From: Balanoglossus misakiensis | Taxonomy: Eukaryota > Animalia > Hemichordata | Length of the DNA stretch: 64,000 nt | NCBI GenBank assembly: GCA_040954595.2 | Contig: CM082576.2 | Span: forward strand, 16,663,028 to 16,727,027 | Reading direction: 5' to 3' | Shown: positions 61,201 through 64,000 of the stretch, piece after piece | How the letters are laid out: each line of letters begins with the position of its first letter | Position numbering within the stretch: the first letter of the stretch is position 1 | The notes under the pieces: generated by a model | The model's database searches: none | What the model saw: only the letters and a program-made list of their open reading frames with translations | Told to the model about the DNA's origin: nothing | Made by a program: the position numbers and the translations under genes

Positions 61201-62315
61201 CATGATTAGATATTTTTGGATCAGTGTCACGACATGAAATAGTAGTTTCATAATTTTATTTGTATTTTTAAAATGTTTTCCTGTTTTTTTGTTTACTTTT
61301 TTATTTTTTTTTACTATTTGTTGATTGTAATGCTGTATGGCGTTTACCAGTCATTTCAGTTTTTCAGTTCTTTTACTATTTTTATTAGTAGTATTTTGCT
61401 GTTTTTTTCCTAGATGTTTCTTTTTTTTCCTTACAGTCTTAAAAGCAACATGATTAGATATTTTTGGATCAGTGTCACGACATGAAATAATTCATCACCT
61501 AGGCAGAAATTTCATTAACATTGTAACAGGGGCCAAACTAAAATTATAGGGAGGTAGCAAAAATGTGTGTGTGTGTGTGTGTGTGTGTGTGGGGCGGGGT
61601 ACATATGTAAGTGATCATAGATCATACTCTTTCATATGACTATTGTCTACTCCTACATTCTGCACCTATACCTGTACAAATGTAGTTTTTACAAGGTCAA
61701 AAGAGATGGTTGAGTTTTCATCACAACCAACCATATGGCCAGGATTTGACAAAATCCCCATCATGTCAATTTAAGTTAATTACACTAGTCTTATTTTTCA
61801 CTTGCCTTGGTAGTAAAACTATTTAAATGCGCTGAAAGGGATATGCATGCAGTATGAGAATGTTGAATTGTCCCTTCTCATGGGATATTGCTCACAGTTT
61901 GGCACCTTAGGCATTTTCTTGAGTACATGTAATTAGCATGACAATAGTCTGCAAGCAGAGTCTAGAAGATAGCCATATGACAATGGATCAAAGAAATGTA
62001 CGTATGCCATAAAAATATTGCATCGATGATTAAACCCAGCAATTATAAAATTATCTCAATGTTCACATTATACTACTCACCTTTAGGTAATTTTTGTGCC
62101 ACGTATCTGGCAGCTGCCACAGACATCTTGCAGTTTTTGATATTCAGAAACAAGGACTTGAAGGTTTCCAGTGTTTTCAAATCAATACACTGGCTACTGT
62201 TCCAACCTGTCTCAATGCTGCTTTCTCCATTGGTCAACTCTTGTTGTTCCCACTGTTTCAATACTTTGGTTATCTCATTGTCAACAGCCAGTGCATACAA
62301 CTCATCATGTGATAA
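43287..62315 (-). CDS. KNTC1: kinetochore-associated protein 1 (ROD), last 16 coding exons; gene continues beyond the window
   Basis: Phase-consistent GT-AG exons 62315-62081, 61150-61077, 60724-60517, 59927-59815, 59454-59411, 59037-58968, 57906-57797, 56683-56548, 56072-55977, 55392-55281, 53751-53688, 52507-52378, 51577-51488, 51018-50873, 50575-50467, 43361-43287. Motifs LIFTLYEH, DIHTAA, RIRAIRCLF, LWRNHSHEP, LCLQY..QLWNGILQ, LWQIP..AW, CPV..FACLL match the recalled ROD C-terminus. Confidence 0.88.
44000..50277 (+). mobile_element. BEL/Pao LTR retrotransposon, recent insertion
   Basis: 308-bp TG..CA LTRs at 44000-44307 and 49970-50277 (1 mismatch seen). 5-bp TSD ACTAT (43995-43999, 50278-50282). 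PBS TGGTGCCGAGACCAGGAT (tRNA-His-like). Purine-rich tract before the 3' LTR. Confidence 0.97.
44329..49631 (+). CDS. BEL/Pao gag-pol polyprotein with one frameshift near 49035
   Basis: LPKLTL..FSGD gag, three Cys/His knuckles, LFDDGSQ protease, ADIEKAF/YVDN RT, FSDAS RNase H, GVDFTG/SDNG/GGFWERL integrase. The C-terminus (LTPSHLL..RPITKLYPLE) continues in ORF 49077-49631. Confidence 0.92.
52032..52240. mobile_element. TA-flanked MITE
   Basis: TACTGTAAAACA..TGTTTTACAGTA termini with internal TTTTCGCGA motifs; an inverted copy lies at 56093-56300. Confidence 0.8.
53760..53960. repeat. degenerate tandem repeat (ATGGACAAAA..TACAGTCATTAT units)
   Basis: Repeated motif visible; a further unit lies near 55015-55065. 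Confidence 0.6.
56093..56300. mobile_element. TA-flanked MITE, same family as 52032-52240
   Basis: Same TIR; the interior is the reverse complement. Confidence 0.8.
57328..57523. mobile_element. TTAA-specific MITE (Kolobok-like)
   Basis: TTAA|AGGTATATAGTCACCT..AGGTGACTGTATACCT|TTAA. Confidence 0.85.
57988..58173. mobile_element. second copy of the TTAA-specific MITE
   Basis: Same TIR and interior as 57328-57523; fragments also near 40835-40880 and 42410-42535. Confidence 0.8.
60388..60472. mobile_element. 85-bp piggyBac-like MITE
   Basis: TTAA|CCCTTTCACC..GGTGAAAGGG|TTAC. Confidence 0.65.
61564..61591. repeat. (TG)n microsatellite
   Basis: Directly visible. Confidence 0.9.
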
Positions 62316-62737
62316 CTATAATGGAATGTAAGACGAGAGATGCAACAAGGAGAAACATATTTATTCATGCATACTTTCTAACAAGAAAATATACTGTCTA
62401 CAACACAAGTTTTTTCAGATAAAGTTATTAAGCCTTCGTTTGAATTATCACATTATAATGCAAATTCTACACATGGTACCAAGCAAATCAAAGTTTGTAA
62501 TATTTAATGAACTTTTCTAATTAGTGCTATATTTCTTAAATTACTGTACCAAATTTGATGAACTTTGCAACAAATATTGATCTGACAGAGACCTAGCTGT
62601 GTTATGAGACATGTAGCAGTGCCATGTAAATTAGTGGCTAATTTTCACATTTAAAGGCACGTAAGCTGCAACTGGATAAAAAATCAATGTTTTAAATAAT
62701 CTCATATATGCTTTTAATTATATCTATTAAATGCTAT

Positions 62738-63707
62738 TTAGAGAATAATGAGCGCCCCAAAGACCCATAATGGACGAAAGCACACATTGTGCGTCATAAT
62801 ATACGAGGCGAAGCCGAGTATATTATGGAGCACAATGTGTGCTTGAGTCCATTATGGGTCTTTGGGGCGTTCATTATTCTCATTATTTTATAGTTTTGTC
62901 AATGCCAGTGAATTTGCAGACTTCAAAACGTATAGGTGCGAACAATTCAGACTCGGACACGGAGATCGAGAACAGAGCAATGGCGTACGCGTAAACAAAA
63001 GGTCACCTGATCGTGGTGTGTCAGTGTACTGTACATTTCTAGTATCATATTCAAACATCAGGAAATAAATAATGAAGGTTTATTTACGCATGTGAAAATT
63101 CATTTAAGGGTTCTGCTGAAATATATCTGAAAAAGTTTCGATTTTTGTGTAATCTTGGGGAGGACTCGGGGAATATTTGAATTCGTTTGCGTTCTCAGGG
63201 CGTTCGGAAGGTTGCAATACATAAACAAACTCGCCCTCGATCGACCCTCCGTACCGCGTAGACAACATGACAGTGACACTTGCGGCATATTTTTTTCTTC
63301 GTTGACATGACTGCTTGGTACATGGTATGGTGAACGAATGTCAAATCCAGCGTCATGGAGAGGTTTGCTTTACGTGCGTGAGCGAGCCATGTTGACTGCG
63401 CGTGATTCAAGAGCAGACGACATGTACTGCAGCCGTAGGAAGAAAAAATAAACAAAACGCCAGCCGAGGACAGATTTGGAAATTAATAAATATCGCCGTA
63501 TTTATTCTGTGTACGTTTGCGTTTCTTTTTTTAGCCCTTAAAATGTTCGCATTGTTTGAAATCCTCCGTTATTCAGTCGGAAATTGTACACGTCCACTGG
63601 TTCTTGGGTGCGTCGCGCGTCCATCGAATAACACGATACATTATCAGTAATAATGTACAGCTATGACGTCACAAAATTCACTGGTATTGATAAAGCTATA
63701 ATATAAT
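62738..63707. mobile_element. double-hairpin non-autonomous element
   Basis: Palindrome 62741-62881 with a CGAGGCGAAGCCGAG centre, then 62882-62916 pairing with 63672-63707. Confidence 0.75.
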
Positions 63708-64000
63708 TCATGATAATAGATCAAGCTCAACACTTATTTATGACAAAATGGCCAAAAATTAAAGAAAAACGAAAATTCCTGAAATTTTTTAAAAAGTGCA
63801 ATATTGCAATGAAAAATGAAAATCTGATGTCTCAGTGGTGTACATTTACTTCCATGAGCTCAAGTGGATGAGATCATGTTTTGTTTATGAAGTTTCACAA
63901 CCGGAAATGTGACATTTTCATTGTTTCTTTCATTTTCCCACGGTGGCAGCCATAATCGCTTGCGGCAAAGCTTTATTATTTATCTGGTTAAATCTTGCAT

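Overview
AT-rich, intron-containing animal genomic DNA, not prokaryotic. The gene and TE content looks like a marine invertebrate, possibly a deuterostome, but the taxon cannot be determined from the sequence. In order: (1) the 3' exons of a CTHRC1-like pseudogene; (2) a degenerate Gypsy LTR element with a nested insert; (3) three near-identical 4-exon class C (CaSR/GPRC6A/V2R-like) GPCR genes. Copy A (minus) and copy C (plus) are intact; copy B (minus) is split by a full-length CR1-group LINE plus a tandem second 3' end. (4) Between the head-to-head copies B and C lies a 3-exon gene for a 164-aa secreted Cys-containing protein I do not recognise, flanked by two broken paralogs. (5) The last 16 coding exons of KNTC1/ROD (minus), with a very young BEL/Pao element in the last intron. 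Many non-autonomous elements are present, including four dissimilar 'double-hairpin' elements. The best leads are the secreted-protein array inside the GPCR cluster, the LINE whose ORF1 and ORF2 are in frame and separated by one TGA with no usable ATG, and the double-hairpin elements. All coordinates were read by eye.
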